Virus record (IMG/VR): IMGVR_UViG_3300006802_000002
Coordinates: 917-64,916 of that record
Length of the DNA: 64,000 nucleotides
Reading direction: 5' to 3' (one strand)
From: a virus
Taxonomy: Duplodnaviria; Caudoviricetes
Made by a program: the position numbers and the translations under genes. The notes below the pieces were generated by a model. It was not told the DNA's origin. It saw nothing but the letters and a program-made list of their open reading frames with translations, and did no database searches. Positions 11,724 through 22,825 of the stretch are shown here, piece after piece; the first letter of the stretch is position 1, and each line of letters starts with the position of its first letter.

Positions 11724-12599
11724 ATGACTGAGAATTTACCAGTAACTATTGATTTATCGGATGAAGAACTAAATAGACAATTAGGTATTACTCAAGAGAG
11801 TTCAGGTCCAATTGTCCCAAGACTTAAGATTAATTCTTTAGCAGAAGACGAAAATGACAAGCCACTACAAATGGGTACTTTTTATATTGATGAAAAGGAC
11901 CAACCAAGAGCGTATGCTAAAGAAGTTAAAATTCGTATTGTGACTAGAGTATTCCAATATCAGCATTTCTCGCAAGAAGAAAAGAAGATGTTGGACGAAA
12001 GCGTTATGCTTCCAAGTCTATTCGCTGAATTCCCTTCTTCCAGTGGCAAGATTAGATGTGGTAAGCTTTCAAAGAAACAGGCTGAGGGAGTTACTTTAAG
12101 CCCTGAACAAGCTAAAATTCAGAAGGAAGTCAAGTGCCGTATGTTCGTATTCTGCATGGTATCATTTACAGGTACTACAGTAGACGGACAAGAGGTTGTG
12201 TACACTGATAAGCCTGTTCTATGGGTTCCTAGTCAATCGGCTTTCGTTATTGTTGATGATGTTCTAAAGTCTTTCGATAAGCAAAAGAGAGCAGCTATTA
12301 AATATCCTGTGTCTCTAAAGCTTAAGAAAGAAAAGAATGGTAACGTGATTTATTTTAATCCCGTTCCAACCATCACCAGCGAACCCGCAACATTAACTAA
12401 GATTGATGAAGAAGCCATTAATTCGGCTAGAGACTTTATCGCAGAAACTAATAAGCGTGTTAAGGCTAACTATGCACGCTCATTAAACAAGGCTCCAAAT
12501 ACTGCTACAGATAGCGCGGACAATGCTACTGTAGTATCTGTTGGTGCTAAGGTTACTAAGACTACAGATAAAGACTTAGACGACGAAATTCCTTTCTAA
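11724..12599 (+). CDS. Single-stranded DNA-binding protein (putative)
   Basis: Acidic C-terminal tail DLDDEIPF; lies between the polymerase and exonuclease genes. Confidence 0.7.
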   Translation: MTENLPVTIDLSDEELNRQLGITQESSGPIVPRLKINSLAEDENDKPLQMGTFYIDEKDQPRAYAKEVKIRIVTRVFQYQHFSQEEKKMLDESVMLPSLFAEFPSSSGKIRCGKLSKKQAEGVTLSPEQAKIQKEVKCRMFVFCMVSFTGTTVDGQEVVYTDKPVLWVPSQSAFVIVDDVLKSFDKQKRAAIKYPVSLKLKKEKNGNVIYFNPVPTITSEPATLTKIDEEAINSARDFIAETNKRVKANYARSLNKAPNTATDSADNATVVSVGAKVTKTTDKDLDDEIPF

Positions 12600-12602
12600 A
12601 TT

Positions 12603-12726
12603 AATTTAGCAGCGCAACGACTTCAAGGCCCCACCATTGTCGCTGGAAGTAGGCGCCTTCCTGGAATACTGACGACACGTTGAAGAATGCGAAGGGAATG
12701 CTGTGGGCTGGACCCTTCGCTAATTT
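12603..12726 (+). ncRNA. Structured intergenic RNA (nested stems, possible pseudoknot)
   Basis: CTTCAA/TTGAAG, TGTCG/CGACA, GGAAG/CTTCC and GCGAAGGG/CCCTTCGC stems; GC-rich island in AT-rich DNA. Confidence 0.55.
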
Positions 12727-12909
12727 ATATGAGGATACACCATGGAAGTTTTAAATTCAAATACTGTCGATGTTCGTTTTACTGTGTCTGAAATGACTGA
12801 AATCTTTAATTATTTAATTACGTCTAATAAAAAGAATAAGCCTCAAACTGTCCTAGAATTTGAAGAACTATTAGAAAATGTTCTACTATTAGAAAATGTT
12901 CTGTAAATT

Positions 12910-13809
12910 ATGGCACATTATATTGAAGAAAAATTAAAGTTTTATTTGGATAAGGTTAATACTAATCCAGACATGCTTTCTAAAGAGTTAATGGACGAAA
13001 TCCAAAACGCTATTGGAAAAGCGTTGCATAAGCAATTTAATGAGGTACAGGGTAAATTTAGGTTCTCTATGTCTGCTATTGGTAGGCCCTTGTGTCAATT
13101 ACAGATGCACAAGAATAATCAGCCAAAGCTAGATAGAGAGTACAATGATACCATTAAAATGCTTTATGGTGACATCATTGAAGCGTTAATTGTGCCTATC
13201 ATGAAGGCTGCGGGTATCACAATTCAAAGTGCTCAGGAGCACGTTGTATTAAAGCTTAAGTGGTTGTCTGGGGAATTGGATATTCCAGGAACTTTAGACC
13301 TTGTTATTGATAATCTTGTATGGGATGTTAAGTCTGTATCAGGATGGGCATTTAAGAATAAATTCACCAGCTATGAAAGTGTAAAAGCGGACGACGCCTT
13401 TGGGTATGTGCCTCAATTATATCTTTATGGCAAAGCTAAAGGATTAAAAGTAGGCGGCTGGATACTTATTTGTAAAGAAACTGGTGAAATTAGAGTAGTT
13501 GAATTCCCACAAGACCAAGAAGAAGAACAGAAGCAAGTTCTAGTAGAAGTTACTAATAATGTTAAGGAGATTATAGAAGGGGCACCCTTTCGTAGATCAT
13601 TCCAAGACATTCAGGAAAAGTTTAGAAAGAATTTCACAGGAAGTAGGTACCTCTGCAAAACCTGCGAATTCTGTCCTTATAGATTTACCTGTTGGACCGA
13701 TCTCGTTCACTCTAAAGCCCTACGAAGTGAGGCAAAGGACCCCCCTTGGAGATACTACACTCACATTGAAGGAAACAAGAAAAATGAAGATAGCATCAGC
13801 CAAAGCTAA
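12910..13809 (+). CDS. PD-(D/E)xK exonuclease (Cas4/RecB-like)
   Basis: GTLDL...WDVKS, QLYLY, C-terminal C-x2-C-x2-C-x5-C cluster. Confidence 0.85.
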   Translation: MAHYIEEKLKFYLDKVNTNPDMLSKELMDEIQNAIGKALHKQFNEVQGKFRFSMSAIGRPLCQLQMHKNNQPKLDREYNDTIKMLYGDIIEALIVPIMKAAGITIQSAQEHVVLKLKWLSGELDIPGTLDLVIDNLVWDVKSVSGWAFKNKFTSYESVKADDAFGYVPQLYLYGKAKGLKVGGWILICKETGEIRVVEFPQDQEEEQKQVLVEVTNNVKEIIEGAPFRRSFQDIQEKFRKNFTGSRYLCKTCEFCPYRFTCWTDLVHSKALRSEAKDPPWRYYTHIEGNKKNEDSISQS

Positions 13810-14131
13810 AGGCCGTAAGCTACAACAATGGGTACGTGACAAGATTATTGGCATGTATCAAGACTTATCTACAAGAGACGTAATTAGCACAGGAATGGGG
13901 CAACAAGGGGAAGACGTTAGATTATCCGAGGCTGCATTTAAAAAGTTCCCCTTTAGCGTGGAATGTAAAAATCAAGCTAAAATGAAGCCTGTATATGATG
14001 CCCATTACCAAGCTAAGAAACAGGGTGCTGGAGAACCTTTATTAATTATTAAAATGAATGGTGAAAAGCCTCTAGCTATTATAGATGCTGATTATTTCTT
14101 TAAAATTTGGAAAGACATTAATGGAAAATAA
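13784..14131 (+). CDS. Holliday junction resolvase-like endonuclease
   Basis: SAKAKGRKLQQW, GEDV and SVECKN (PD-(D/E)xK). ATG at 13784 follows GAAGGA. Confidence 0.78.
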   Translation: MKIASAKAKGRKLQQWVRDKIIGMYQDLSTRDVISTGMGQQGEDVRLSEAAFKKFPFSVECKNQAKMKPVYDAHYQAKKQGAGEPLLIIKMNGEKPLAIIDADYFFKIWKDINGK

Positions 14132-14501
14132 TGAAGACCCAAACTTAGCACCATTACCGGACATTATTGATGATGGTCAAGAGACAGGTAAAGTTATTAT
14201 AGGTTTACCTAAAGGTTCTGTAGGATTAGTAATTACTCCAACTAGAAATAACGAAGGGTATGGAGTAAATGTTGTAGCTAATTTTAATCCTGATTTACCT
14301 GTAACTATTTCTCAGGCTATTTGGGGATTAATTAAAGGTTGTTTAGCTGCTATTAAATATAAGAAGGAAAGCCTATACCGATTAGCCATTATTGAAACAC
14401 GTAAAGAAAGAGCGACAGAAATTAATGCGGATGATGTTACTTGGAATAAAGATACTCCAAAACATTATCTAGCAGAAGCTGGCGTAAAAGGAAACGCATA
14501 A
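14121..14501 (+). CDS. Hypothetical protein
   Basis: ORF track; ATG at 14121 overlaps the resolvase end. Confidence 0.55.
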   Translation: MENNEDPNLAPLPDIIDDGQETGKVIIGLPKGSVGLVITPTRNNEGYGVNVVANFNPDLPVTISQAIWGLIKGCLAAIKYKKESLYRLAIIETRKERATEINADDVTWNKDTPKHYLAEAGVKGNA

Positions 14502-14568
14502 TGTCTGAAGACTTTTATTTTATTGTTGTTATGTTATCTATTTGTATGACTATTATGGTAGTGTTTTA

Positions 14569-15351
14569 ATGTATAAAAGATCACATTTAATTATCGGAGA
14601 CCCCCACAGAAAACCTGATGAAAATCCTAGACGATTTGAATGGTTAGGTAATGCTATCGTAGATTTAAAGCCAGATGTCGTTGTGTGTATGGGTGATTTT
14701 AATGATATGGGTTCCCTGTCCAGCTACGATAAAGGCAAAAAATCTTTTGAGGGCAAGCGTATTGAAGCCGATATTGAGGCTTCCTATATAGGTCTCAAGC
14801 TGATTAGAAGCCCTCTAGAAAGCTATTGGGCACGCCAAAAGAAGGCTAAGGATAGGCTCTATAATCCCGAATTTGAAATGCTTGGGGGAAATCACGATGA
14901 GGCTCGTATTGAGCGTGTGATTAACTCCAATCCAGAACTTGAGGGTTTAATTTCAATTGAAAAACTCGGTTATGAAAAGTATGGCTGGAATTATACGAGA
15001 TATACTCAACCTCGTATTATCGATGGCATTGCTTATTGCCATCATTTTGCTTCTGGCATTATGGGCAAGCCTATTGGTGGTAAAAACATGGCTAGAGCGC
15101 TTATTCAAACAAACCTACAATCCTCCACAGTCGGACACGATCATGGATTTCATTACGCATTCCAACCTAGGGCTGATGGGACAATGGTACACGGATTATC
15201 TGCTGGATGTTATACAGAAGATAACCCAAAGTATGCGGAAGGGGCTGATAAATTCTGGTGGAGAGGCTTAATTCTCAAAACTAACGTGCACGATGGTGAA
15301 TATTCTTTAAAACAGTTTAGTATGGATGAAGTGAAAGCTAATTGGGGTTAA
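14569..15351 (+). CDS. Calcineurin-like metallophosphoesterase
   Basis: GDPH, MGDFND, GGNHD, HH and GHDH motifs. Confidence 0.88.
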   Translation: MYKRSHLIIGDPHRKPDENPRRFEWLGNAIVDLKPDVVVCMGDFNDMGSLSSYDKGKKSFEGKRIEADIEASYIGLKLIRSPLESYWARQKKAKDRLYNPEFEMLGGNHDEARIERVINSNPELEGLISIEKLGYEKYGWNYTRYTQPRIIDGIAYCHHFASGIMGKPIGGKNMARALIQTNLQSSTVGHDHGFHYAFQPRADGTMVHGLSAGCYTEDNPKYAEGADKFWWRGLILKTNVHDGEYSLKQFSMDEVKANWG

Positions 15352-15352
15352 T

Positions 15353-15757
15353 ATGAATTACTATGAAAATGAATTACATAGTTTGGCAGAAATGTATAAT
15401 CACTTAAGGGGTGCTGGATTTAATAATCCTTTTATGTTTTTAAATCTTAATCTAGGGTATTCTCATACAGAAGAAGAAGTTATGCTAAGGGCAGCTAATA
15501 TTAGAAAACTTAAAGAAGACCCTAAAATTTGTAAAGATGATCCTGTTGTAGATGCCGTTATTCATAAGTTCTTAGATCGTTCTAAGCAAGGTATGAAGAA
15601 ATATAATTCATCCATGCATGATAATAATAAGCCAACATTAGATTGGATTAATGATGCCCAGGAAGAACTTATGGATGGTATCTTATATTTGCAGAAATTA
15701 AAAGATAAAATTAAAGATATTAAAGAACAAACTAATTTTATGTGGGGTAAGTTATAA
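15353..15757 (+). CDS. Conserved phage protein, possibly an all-alpha nucleotide-processing domain
   Basis: GMKKY...AQEELMDGILY motif; sits among nucleotide-metabolism genes. Confidence 0.5.
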   Translation: MNYYENELHSLAEMYNHLRGAGFNNPFMFLNLNLGYSHTEEEVMLRAANIRKLKEDPKICKDDPVVDAVIHKFLDRSKQGMKKYNSSMHDNNKPTLDWINDAQEELMDGILYLQKLKDKIKDIKEQTNFMWGKL

Positions 15758-16254
15758 TGACTTTAATTGTACCAAATCAGTATAATAAATCTGAGAACAA
15801 GTCTCAGGATGATTTAGCTGTGTTAGCAAGTCAGGGCTTGGTTAATTGGGATACCATGGGCTATTTTGGAGCCCTGTACGAATTTCATAAGGCGCTACAG
15901 GACAAACTAGAAGCCTCTGGGAAGGCCGTACATGGGCGCCACCAGCGGCTAGGGCAGGATTACGTACCTGGGTCTCCTACTGCCGCCCTACGAGCAAATT
16001 TGATTAAAGAAGAAGCTAATGAGTGTATTGAAGCCCTTGCTTCCAAGCCAGCACATTATTGTTTAAAGGAAATCTGTGATTTAATTTATGTGGCTGTAGG
16101 TACCGCTGTAACATACGGCTGGAAGCTTGATGGAGCCTTTGAGGCTGTACATAAGAACAATATGGAAAAGATTGATAAAGGCACTATTCGAGAAGATGGT
16201 AAATTACAAAAGCCAGCGAATTGGCCTAATGCTAATGTAAAGGAATTTGTGTAA
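15757..16254 (+). CDS. MazG/HisE-like NTP pyrophosphohydrolase
   Basis: LIKEEANE...LKEICDLIYV, VHKNNMEK and DGKLQKP motifs. Confidence 0.8.
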   Translation: MTLIVPNQYNKSENKSQDDLAVLASQGLVNWDTMGYFGALYEFHKALQDKLEASGKAVHGRHQRLGQDYVPGSPTAALRANLIKEEANECIEALASKPAHYCLKEICDLIYVAVGTAVTYGWKLDGAFEAVHKNNMEKIDKGTIREDGKLQKPANWPNANVKEFV

Positions 16255-16725
16255 TGTATCTTGTTTGGTGGGACCCATACGTAGTTGATAACTTCAATAA
16301 AATAGGATTTTACGGAATATTTCATACGCTTAAAGAGGCGACCTTGTACAAGGAAGAAAAGGAAGAACAAGAGAAATTATTATACAATAAAGATAATGGC
16401 AATATAGAAATTACTAAAGTTGATATTTTTGTAATGAAATCCGCAGTATTTGAAAAGGTTAAAAATGACAACTAATAAGTACACAGCAAAGATTAGCATT
16501 GAAATTGATTTAGATGAATACCCAATTCCTTCTGATGGCAAAATTAAGGACCAATTAAAACAAGATATTTACGATGCTTTGTATGAGTTAGATACTATTA
16601 AAGTTAAGAAGATTGAAATTTCTGGCAGAGATTTAAATGAATAATGAATTGCCAAAGGGGTACGGCACATTTAATGGCGCAATGGATACAATAACCCCCA
16701 AAAAGGATAATAAAAAGGATACAGA

Positions 16726-18630
16726 ATGCTTAAAGGACCATATGAAGAATTCATCTACAAATCAAGATACTCTAGATGGATTGAGGAAGAAAATAGACGT
16801 GAAGATTGGCCTGAAACAGTAAAGCGCTATTTTGATTATTTTGAGAAGCATTTAAAAGAAAAGCACAATTACGACATAGGCCCAGACAGATCATGGATTG
16901 AGCCTATGGTTCTTAATCTTGATGTGCTTCCTTCCATGCGCGCTTTAATGACTGCTGGTGATGCTTTAGAGAGAGACGCTATCTGCGGATATAATTGCGC
17001 CTATTTAGCAGTTGATAACCAAAGAGCGTTTGATGAAATTCTAGTTATTCTTATGTCTGGTACAGGCGTAGGATTTAGTGTAGAGGATGCTAATGTCTCT
17101 AAATTGCCTATTGTGTCAGAACACTTTGAGCGGAGTGACACAACCATTAATGTACAAGATAGTAAGGCAGGATGGGGGAGAGCCCTCAAAGAACTTATTA
17201 GCCTCCTATACGCAGGTCAAATTCCTACCTGGAATTTGTCCAGATTGCGTCCAGCAGGTGCAAGGCTCAAAGTTATGGGAGGACGTTCAAGCGGCCCTGA
17301 ACCGCTTAATGACTTATTTAATTACGCAGTCAACTTATTTAAAGGGGCTAAAGGAAGAAGGCTCACAGCCTTAGAATGCCATGACTTTATCTGTAAAATC
17401 GCTGAAATCGTGGTTGTTGGCGGGGTGCGCCGTAGTGCCCTTATCAGTTTATCAGACTTATCCGACACAAGATTGCAAACTGCTAAGTCAGGAACTTGGT
17501 ATACTACTCACGGTCATAGACAGCTTGCCAACAACAGTGCGGTTTACTTTGATGATACCCCTATGGATTTATTCATGGAAGAATTCAAAGCCCTTTACCT
17601 TTCGGGATCGGGCGAAAGGGGTATCTTTAATAGGGATGCTGCTAGACGCATTGTGGGATGGAACGGAAGAAGGAAAACAGATTTCAACTTCGGTACTAAT
17701 CCATGCAGCGAAATCATACTTAGACCCAATCAGTTTTGCAACCTTACTAGTGTCATTGCAAGAGAAACGGATAACTTAGAGAAGCTTAAAATAAAAGTAA
17801 AAGCTGCCACTATTATGGGGACATGGCAAAGTACTCTTACCCATTTTAAATATTTACGTAAAGTGTGGCAGGAGAACACAGAAGAAGAAAGATTACTAGG
17901 GGTATCGCTTAATGGAATTATGGACAATGAGCTACTTTATGGCGAGTATCGTGAGGCTATTTATTCAGAGTTACGACTGGTTGCGCTACAGACTAATGAA
18001 GTATTTGCGAATGCTATTGGTATACCTAAATCTACAGCAATCACCTGTATCAAGCCCGAGGGCACAACAAGTCAACTCGCTGACTGTGCTAGTGGATTGC
18101 ATAAAAGATACGCCCCGTATTACATTAGACGAGTCCGGCAAGATAATAAAGACCCATTAACAGATTTTATGATTGCTCAAGGTGTGCCTAATGAGCCTGC
18201 TATTGGTAATCCTAATGTAACTATCTTTAGCTTCCCTCAGAGAGCACCTAATAACGCATTAACAGCAGAAAAGGGAGCTATCTGGAACCTTGAACTATGG
18301 AAGGATATTCAAAAGAATTATACAGAGCATAAGCCAAGTATTACGCTAACTGTCAATAAAAACGAATGGTTACACGTACAAGCTTGGCTTTGGGATAATA
18401 TGAATATCATGTCTGGTATCAGTATTCTTCCTAATATTGCCGATGGAGTTACTTATAAACAAATGCCTTATGAAGAAATTTCTGAAACAGAGTACTTGAA
18501 ATTGGCTGCCCAAATGCCTAAATCCTTAGATTGGGACAAACTAAAGGACTTTGAAAAAGAGGATGGAACTACGGGGTCAAGGGAATTTGCATGTGTGGGC
18601 AATGTTTGTGAAGTTATTGGGAGTGCCTAA
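16726..18630 (+). CDS. nrdJ: Class II (adenosylcobalamin-dependent) ribonucleotide reductase
   Basis: YNCAY, GGVRRSA, TNPCSEI, TCIKPEGT, C-terminal CVGNVC; no NrdB-type small subunit seen. Confidence 0.92.
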   Translation: MLKGPYEEFIYKSRYSRWIEEENRREDWPETVKRYFDYFEKHLKEKHNYDIGPDRSWIEPMVLNLDVLPSMRALMTAGDALERDAICGYNCAYLAVDNQRAFDEILVILMSGTGVGFSVEDANVSKLPIVSEHFERSDTTINVQDSKAGWGRALKELISLLYAGQIPTWNLSRLRPAGARLKVMGGRSSGPEPLNDLFNYAVNLFKGAKGRRLTALECHDFICKIAEIVVVGGVRRSALISLSDLSDTRLQTAKSGTWYTTHGHRQLANNSAVYFDDTPMDLFMEEFKALYLSGSGERGIFNRDAARRIVGWNGRRKTDFNFGTNPCSEIILRPNQFCNLTSVIARETDNLEKLKIKVKAATIMGTWQSTLTHFKYLRKVWQENTEEERLLGVSLNGIMDNELLYGEYREAIYSELRLVALQTNEVFANAIGIPKSTAITCIKPEGTTSQLADCASGLHKRYAPYYIRRVRQDNKDPLTDFMIAQGVPNEPAIGNPNVTIFSFPQRAPNNALTAEKGAIWNLELWKDIQKNYTEHKPSITLTVNKNEWLHVQAWLWDNMNIMSGISILPNIADGVTYKQMPYEEISETEYLKLAAQMPKSLDWDKLKDFEKEDGTTGSREFACVGNVCEVIGSA

Positions 18631-18778
18631 TGGATACATGGGAAATCACTAAAGCCGATAATGGGGGTTATATACTTGTTGTTAAAGTATTAAACTCTGT
18701 AGGAAAGTCCAAAGAATATACATTCGTGTTTCAGGATAAATCTAAACTCCTGAACCATTTAGCAAAGAGTGATTTAAA

Positions 18779-20035
18779 TTGAAAATTGAATTAAGTGCAA
18801 CGGATATTCTTCATCATTTAATGGATTATTACCAAGAACAATTTGGCACTAAATTAGGTGCAACTGTTAGAGGTAAACTTTTAAACGATCCCTTAAGATG
18901 TGTTCTAGAAGTTGATCCTATTATTGAAGATGATGAACCTAAAGAAGAAAAGCCAGAGGACGTAGATTTATAATGTGGGTAGAATTAACTTTTGTGGACA
19001 CTTCTAGTAATGAAACTGTCCCTAAGCCTAGTAAGCCAGCCAAACGCTTGTTCAATATGGACAGAGTAGAAGAAATATATGACACAGAAACTAACGCAAA
19101 AGCTACTACAGTCCTATCTTTAATTGGTGGTAAAATTAAATACGTGAAGGAAAGTTACGCAGATATAAAAAAGCTACTTAAATCATAATGAAATATTATT
19201 TTACATACAAAAAATTCAAACAGGCAGAGGCTAAAGTACAAACTTTTGATACTAGAGAAGAAGCCAATGCTAAATGGAAAGAGTTAACTATATACCCAGG
19301 GATTGAGGTTTATAGTCCTGTAGACTATGCAGTTGATGATAATCATTGTGTATCCAAAGCCATTATGTTTTGGAACCAAATGGGATTTTATAAACCAGAA
19401 ACAACTTTTCAAGCTAACCCTAAAAAGACTATTTATTTGCCCACAAGGAAAGCGTAAATGTATTTAGTTTCATATGAAAAAGAGTCCAACACGCTAACAA
19501 CTTGGAATACTGATAATCTTATTAATTGGTCTAAGGATTGGGCAAGAGATAAGAAGGGTAATACCTATGAATTTGATGATAGTATGTTGTGTTTAGATAT
19601 GTATGCCATTAGCTGTGCTATGGAAGAAATTGTAGCTAGAAATAAGGATTATTCGTAATGTCTATGTTAGGACCCTTTGATGAATTAGAAAGAGATATTA
19701 AGGCCGCTCAGAGAAAATCAGAAGTGGCCTTAACTGATTTACCCCACCCTTTTCTAAAGAGAATTACGCAAATTACGTTTGGGGAAGACGAACCAACAGA
19801 AGAACAATTAAATCAGGTTAGACAGGTTTTAACTTGTTTAGCACATTTTGATTGGCCCGGGGATATGAACAGAGAAGTAACTAAGATGAAACCTTTATTA
19901 GATTTTAGTTATTCTGTTGATAAGCAAGCGTTACAAGCAGGGATAGATTATATTTGTACTCCTATTCCAGCAGGTTCTCCGATTACTCCTCCAACGTTAC
20001 GACAGGGTGTAATTCCCACAACTCCTAGATCATAA
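18779..20035 (+). CDS. Five small hypothetical proteins (18779-18973, 18973-19188, 19188-19457, 19458-19658, 19658-20035)
   Basis: Coupled stop/start codons. Confidence 0.6.
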
Positions 20036-20044
20036 AGGTTACAC

Positions 20045-21004
20045 ATGAACATTCCAAGTTGGCATAAGATTTTTACATACGGGGATCGCTTTACCAAAGG
20101 CATTCTTGATGGGGAAGTAGAAATTACTGAAAAGATTGATGGTAGTCAATTTACATTTGGTAGAACAGATAAGGCCACAGTATTAATGCGCTCTAAGGGT
20201 GCTGAAATTTTCTTTGGCGATGGTAATAAGATGTTTAATAAAGCCAAAGAATATGTTATGTCTATTCAAGCCAAATTGCCCACGGGCGTATTCTTTCATG
20301 GTGAATATCTACAAAAGCCAAAGCATAACACTTTAGAGTACGCTAGAGTGCCTAAGAATAATTTTATGCTATTTGGTGTTACAGTAAGAGATACCTTAAT
20401 AGCTAAAGATACTTATAGCTTAGACTATTGGGCACATTATCTTGATTGTGAAGCTGTTCCTATAATTTATAAGGGAAATATGATGGATGATTTCCTTATG
20501 GACTATGATACTTTACTTAAGCTTATTCCAGAGATTAGCATATTAGGTAATTGCAAGGCAGAAGGTATTGTAATTAAAAACTACGCTAAATCCCTTATGG
20601 TGGGGGATGTAGCTGTTCCTATTATGCAAGCTAAGATTGTCTGTAATGAATTCAAGGAAAAGCATGGTGTTTCTTGGGGCAAGGAAAATCCTACTAATAT
20701 GCAAAAGATTGGGGAAAGCCTAAATTCGGAAGCAAGATGGCTTAAGGCTGTACAATATAAGCGTGATAATAATGAACTTACAGAAACAGTTAAAGATATT
20801 GGCCCATTAATTGGTAGAATTAAGCAGGATATTCTTGAAGAAGAAAAAGAGAATATCAAGGAAATGCTTTATAAGTTATTCAAGGAAGATATCCTTAGAA
20901 TGGCGATTAATGGTTTCCCAGAATGGTATAAGAAGAAGCTTGCAGATGATTTATCTGCAAAGCAAGATTTAGTTTATCATCATGGTATTGGGAGTGAAAT
21001 TTGA
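20045..21004 (+). CDS. ATP-dependent RNA ligase (Rnl2-like)
   Basis: Motif I TEKIDGSQ, FHGEY, AEGIVIK and AKIV. Confidence 0.82.
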   Translation: MNIPSWHKIFTYGDRFTKGILDGEVEITEKIDGSQFTFGRTDKATVLMRSKGAEIFFGDGNKMFNKAKEYVMSIQAKLPTGVFFHGEYLQKPKHNTLEYARVPKNNFMLFGVTVRDTLIAKDTYSLDYWAHYLDCEAVPIIYKGNMMDDFLMDYDTLLKLIPEISILGNCKAEGIVIKNYAKSLMVGDVAVPIMQAKIVCNEFKEKHGVSWGKENPTNMQKIGESLNSEARWLKAVQYKRDNNELTETVKDIGPLIGRIKQDILEEEKENIKEMLYKLFKEDILRMAINGFPEWYKKKLADDLSAKQDLVYHHGIGSEI

Positions 21005-21639
21005 AAATAGAATATCTTAATCACTTTGGTAATGACCTTATGGTCGCTAATGTTGCAAGGGTCTCGTTTGGTAAATGGAAAGCTACACAAGATGCAAAAG
21101 ATGAAAAGTTAATTAATTATCTTGCAGAGCATAAACATAAATCTCCATTTTTTCATCCTCAATTGCAAGTTAGGGTTTCTTGTCCTATCTTTGTGGCAAA
21201 TCAATTAAAGCGGCACCAAATAGGATTTGCCATTAATGAAGTATCCAGAAGATATGTGGATTATGAACCATCTGTGTATGTTCCTGCACAATTTAGAAAT
21301 AGACCACAGGATAAAAAACAAGGAAGTGATGGAGATTTTTCATGGGTAGAAAATGCTGATGCCGAGGAAATTTATCAGACGGCCATGCATTTATCCTTGA
21401 ATTTCTACGGAGAGCTAATAAATAAAGGCGTAGCGCCCGAACAAGCACGTTCAATACTTCCTATGGCAGCTTATACTGAATTTGTTTGGACAGGTTCTTT
21501 ATACGCATATTTTAATATGTTTAAAATGAGAACTGCGCCGGATGCTCAAAAAGAAACTTGTGAATTAGTTAAGCAACTTGATCCCATTATGAATGAATAT
21601 TTTCCCGTCTCTTGGGGAGCACTTAAAAAATATGCGTAA
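21001..21639 (+). CDS. thyX: Flavin-dependent thymidylate synthase
   Basis: ARVS, QLKRHQ...NEVSRRY and PEQARSILP motifs; TTG start after GGGAG. Confidence 0.93.
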   Translation: MKIEYLNHFGNDLMVANVARVSFGKWKATQDAKDEKLINYLAEHKHKSPFFHPQLQVRVSCPIFVANQLKRHQIGFAINEVSRRYVDYEPSVYVPAQFRNRPQDKKQGSDGDFSWVENADAEEIYQTAMHLSLNFYGELINKGVAPEQARSILPMAAYTEFVWTGSLYAYFNMFKMRTAPDAQKETCELVKQLDPIMNEYFPVSWGALKKYA

Positions 21640-21800
21640 ACCTAAAAGATATAATGATGATCCATATGATGATATAGATTTATCATTTGATATTGGTAAG
21701 GGGGATTGTATTCAACTTACCGATCATAAGTATAAACCCATTAAAGTGCGTCCCATTGGATTTCTAGCGGATATAGATAAGAAGGTTCCGTATAACAATT

Positions 21801-22190
21801 ATGGTAGAGACTAAGTATTTAAATCTTATTAGAGCACAGGCAGAGGTAAGCCAATTCAAACGCTTTCCTATGGCTGCTTGTATTGTCTGTAAAGGTGAGG
21901 TTATTAGTTGTGAGAGCAATCATTTAAAGACACACCCATTACAAGCTAAATACGCCTCTAAGCCAGATAGAATTCACTTACATGCTGAGATAGCCTGTCT
22001 AGTACGTGCTAGATGGCCTAAAATTAATGCTGTTAATGGTGCTGATATGTATGTGGGTAGATTACTTAAGAATGGGGATTGGGGTTGCTCTAAACCCTGC
22101 CCAGGCTGTTTTGCAGCACTAGAGCATTCTGGCATAGGATCAGTAACGTATTATTCATTAGATAATAAATGGGAAAAGATAGAGCTATGA
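21801..22190 (+). CDS. Zn-dependent cytidine/dCMP/nucleoside deaminase family protein
   Basis: HAE...PCPGC motif. Confidence 0.85.
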   Translation: MVETKYLNLIRAQAEVSQFKRFPMAACIVCKGEVISCESNHLKTHPLQAKYASKPDRIHLHAEIACLVRARWPKINAVNGADMYVGRLLKNGDWGCSKPCPGCFAALEHSGIGSVTYYSLDNKWEKIEL

Positions 22191-22825
22191 TTGAAATAGA
22201 ATGGCACCCTAGTACTCAAATAGCAGAATTACATTATAGACCAGACTATAATTCTCCTGTATTTCCAGGAAATAGGACCATTATAACTAGAACAATTTGT
22301 AAAAAAGATTTAAAAGCACTTATCAGTAAATTACAAAGAGAATTAGATATGTGGGAAGAACACTCATGAAAGTAACAGAAGAAGAAGCTAGAGAATATTT
22401 ATATCAATTAGAATATGAACGTATTGTGCATCACCAAAGATGGAAGCTGTATTGTGAAGGTGTATTTAAGTACACAGATGGAAAACATTATATGTTTCAT
22501 TTTAATAAACCAAATACAGAATACCAGGATTGTGATCCTTTTAATTGTAACCCTGTAGAATGTTATGAAGTTGAATTAAGAGACGTTACTGAAAAGAAAT
22601 GGTGCTTGGTTGAGAAGCCAGTATAGTTATGTTGGATTATGTCCGCATTGCGGCACTTCCTGGAAAGCTAGCTTAATTCCAAAAAGGATTAGGTACAATT
22701 ACGGCCATAGCAAATACTTTTCCAAGATTATAGCTGTGTATGATATGATTGGAGATAGGACAGCACATTATCAGTGTCCAGAATGTCATAGCGTATTTCA
22801 AAGGAATGAAATAATATATGGATAA
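22187..22825 (+). CDS. Small hypothetical proteins, including a CxxC...CxxC Zn-ribbon protein (22610-22825)
   Basis: ORF track; CPHC and CPEC motifs. Confidence 0.55.

Noticed and set aside
12910-13809. Cas4 as part of a CRISPR system
   Set aside because: No other cas genes or array; such nucleases are routine in phage replication modules.
16637-16822. ORF starting MNNELP overlapping the nrdJ start (frameshifted N-terminus?)
   Set aside because: nrdJ has its own AAGGA RBS and an intact N-terminal motif (YEEFIYKSRY), so no frameshift is needed.
9435-18630. Inteins or group I introns in polA or nrdJ
   Set aside because: Both have ordinary lengths and contiguous motifs; no intein terminal motifs were seen.
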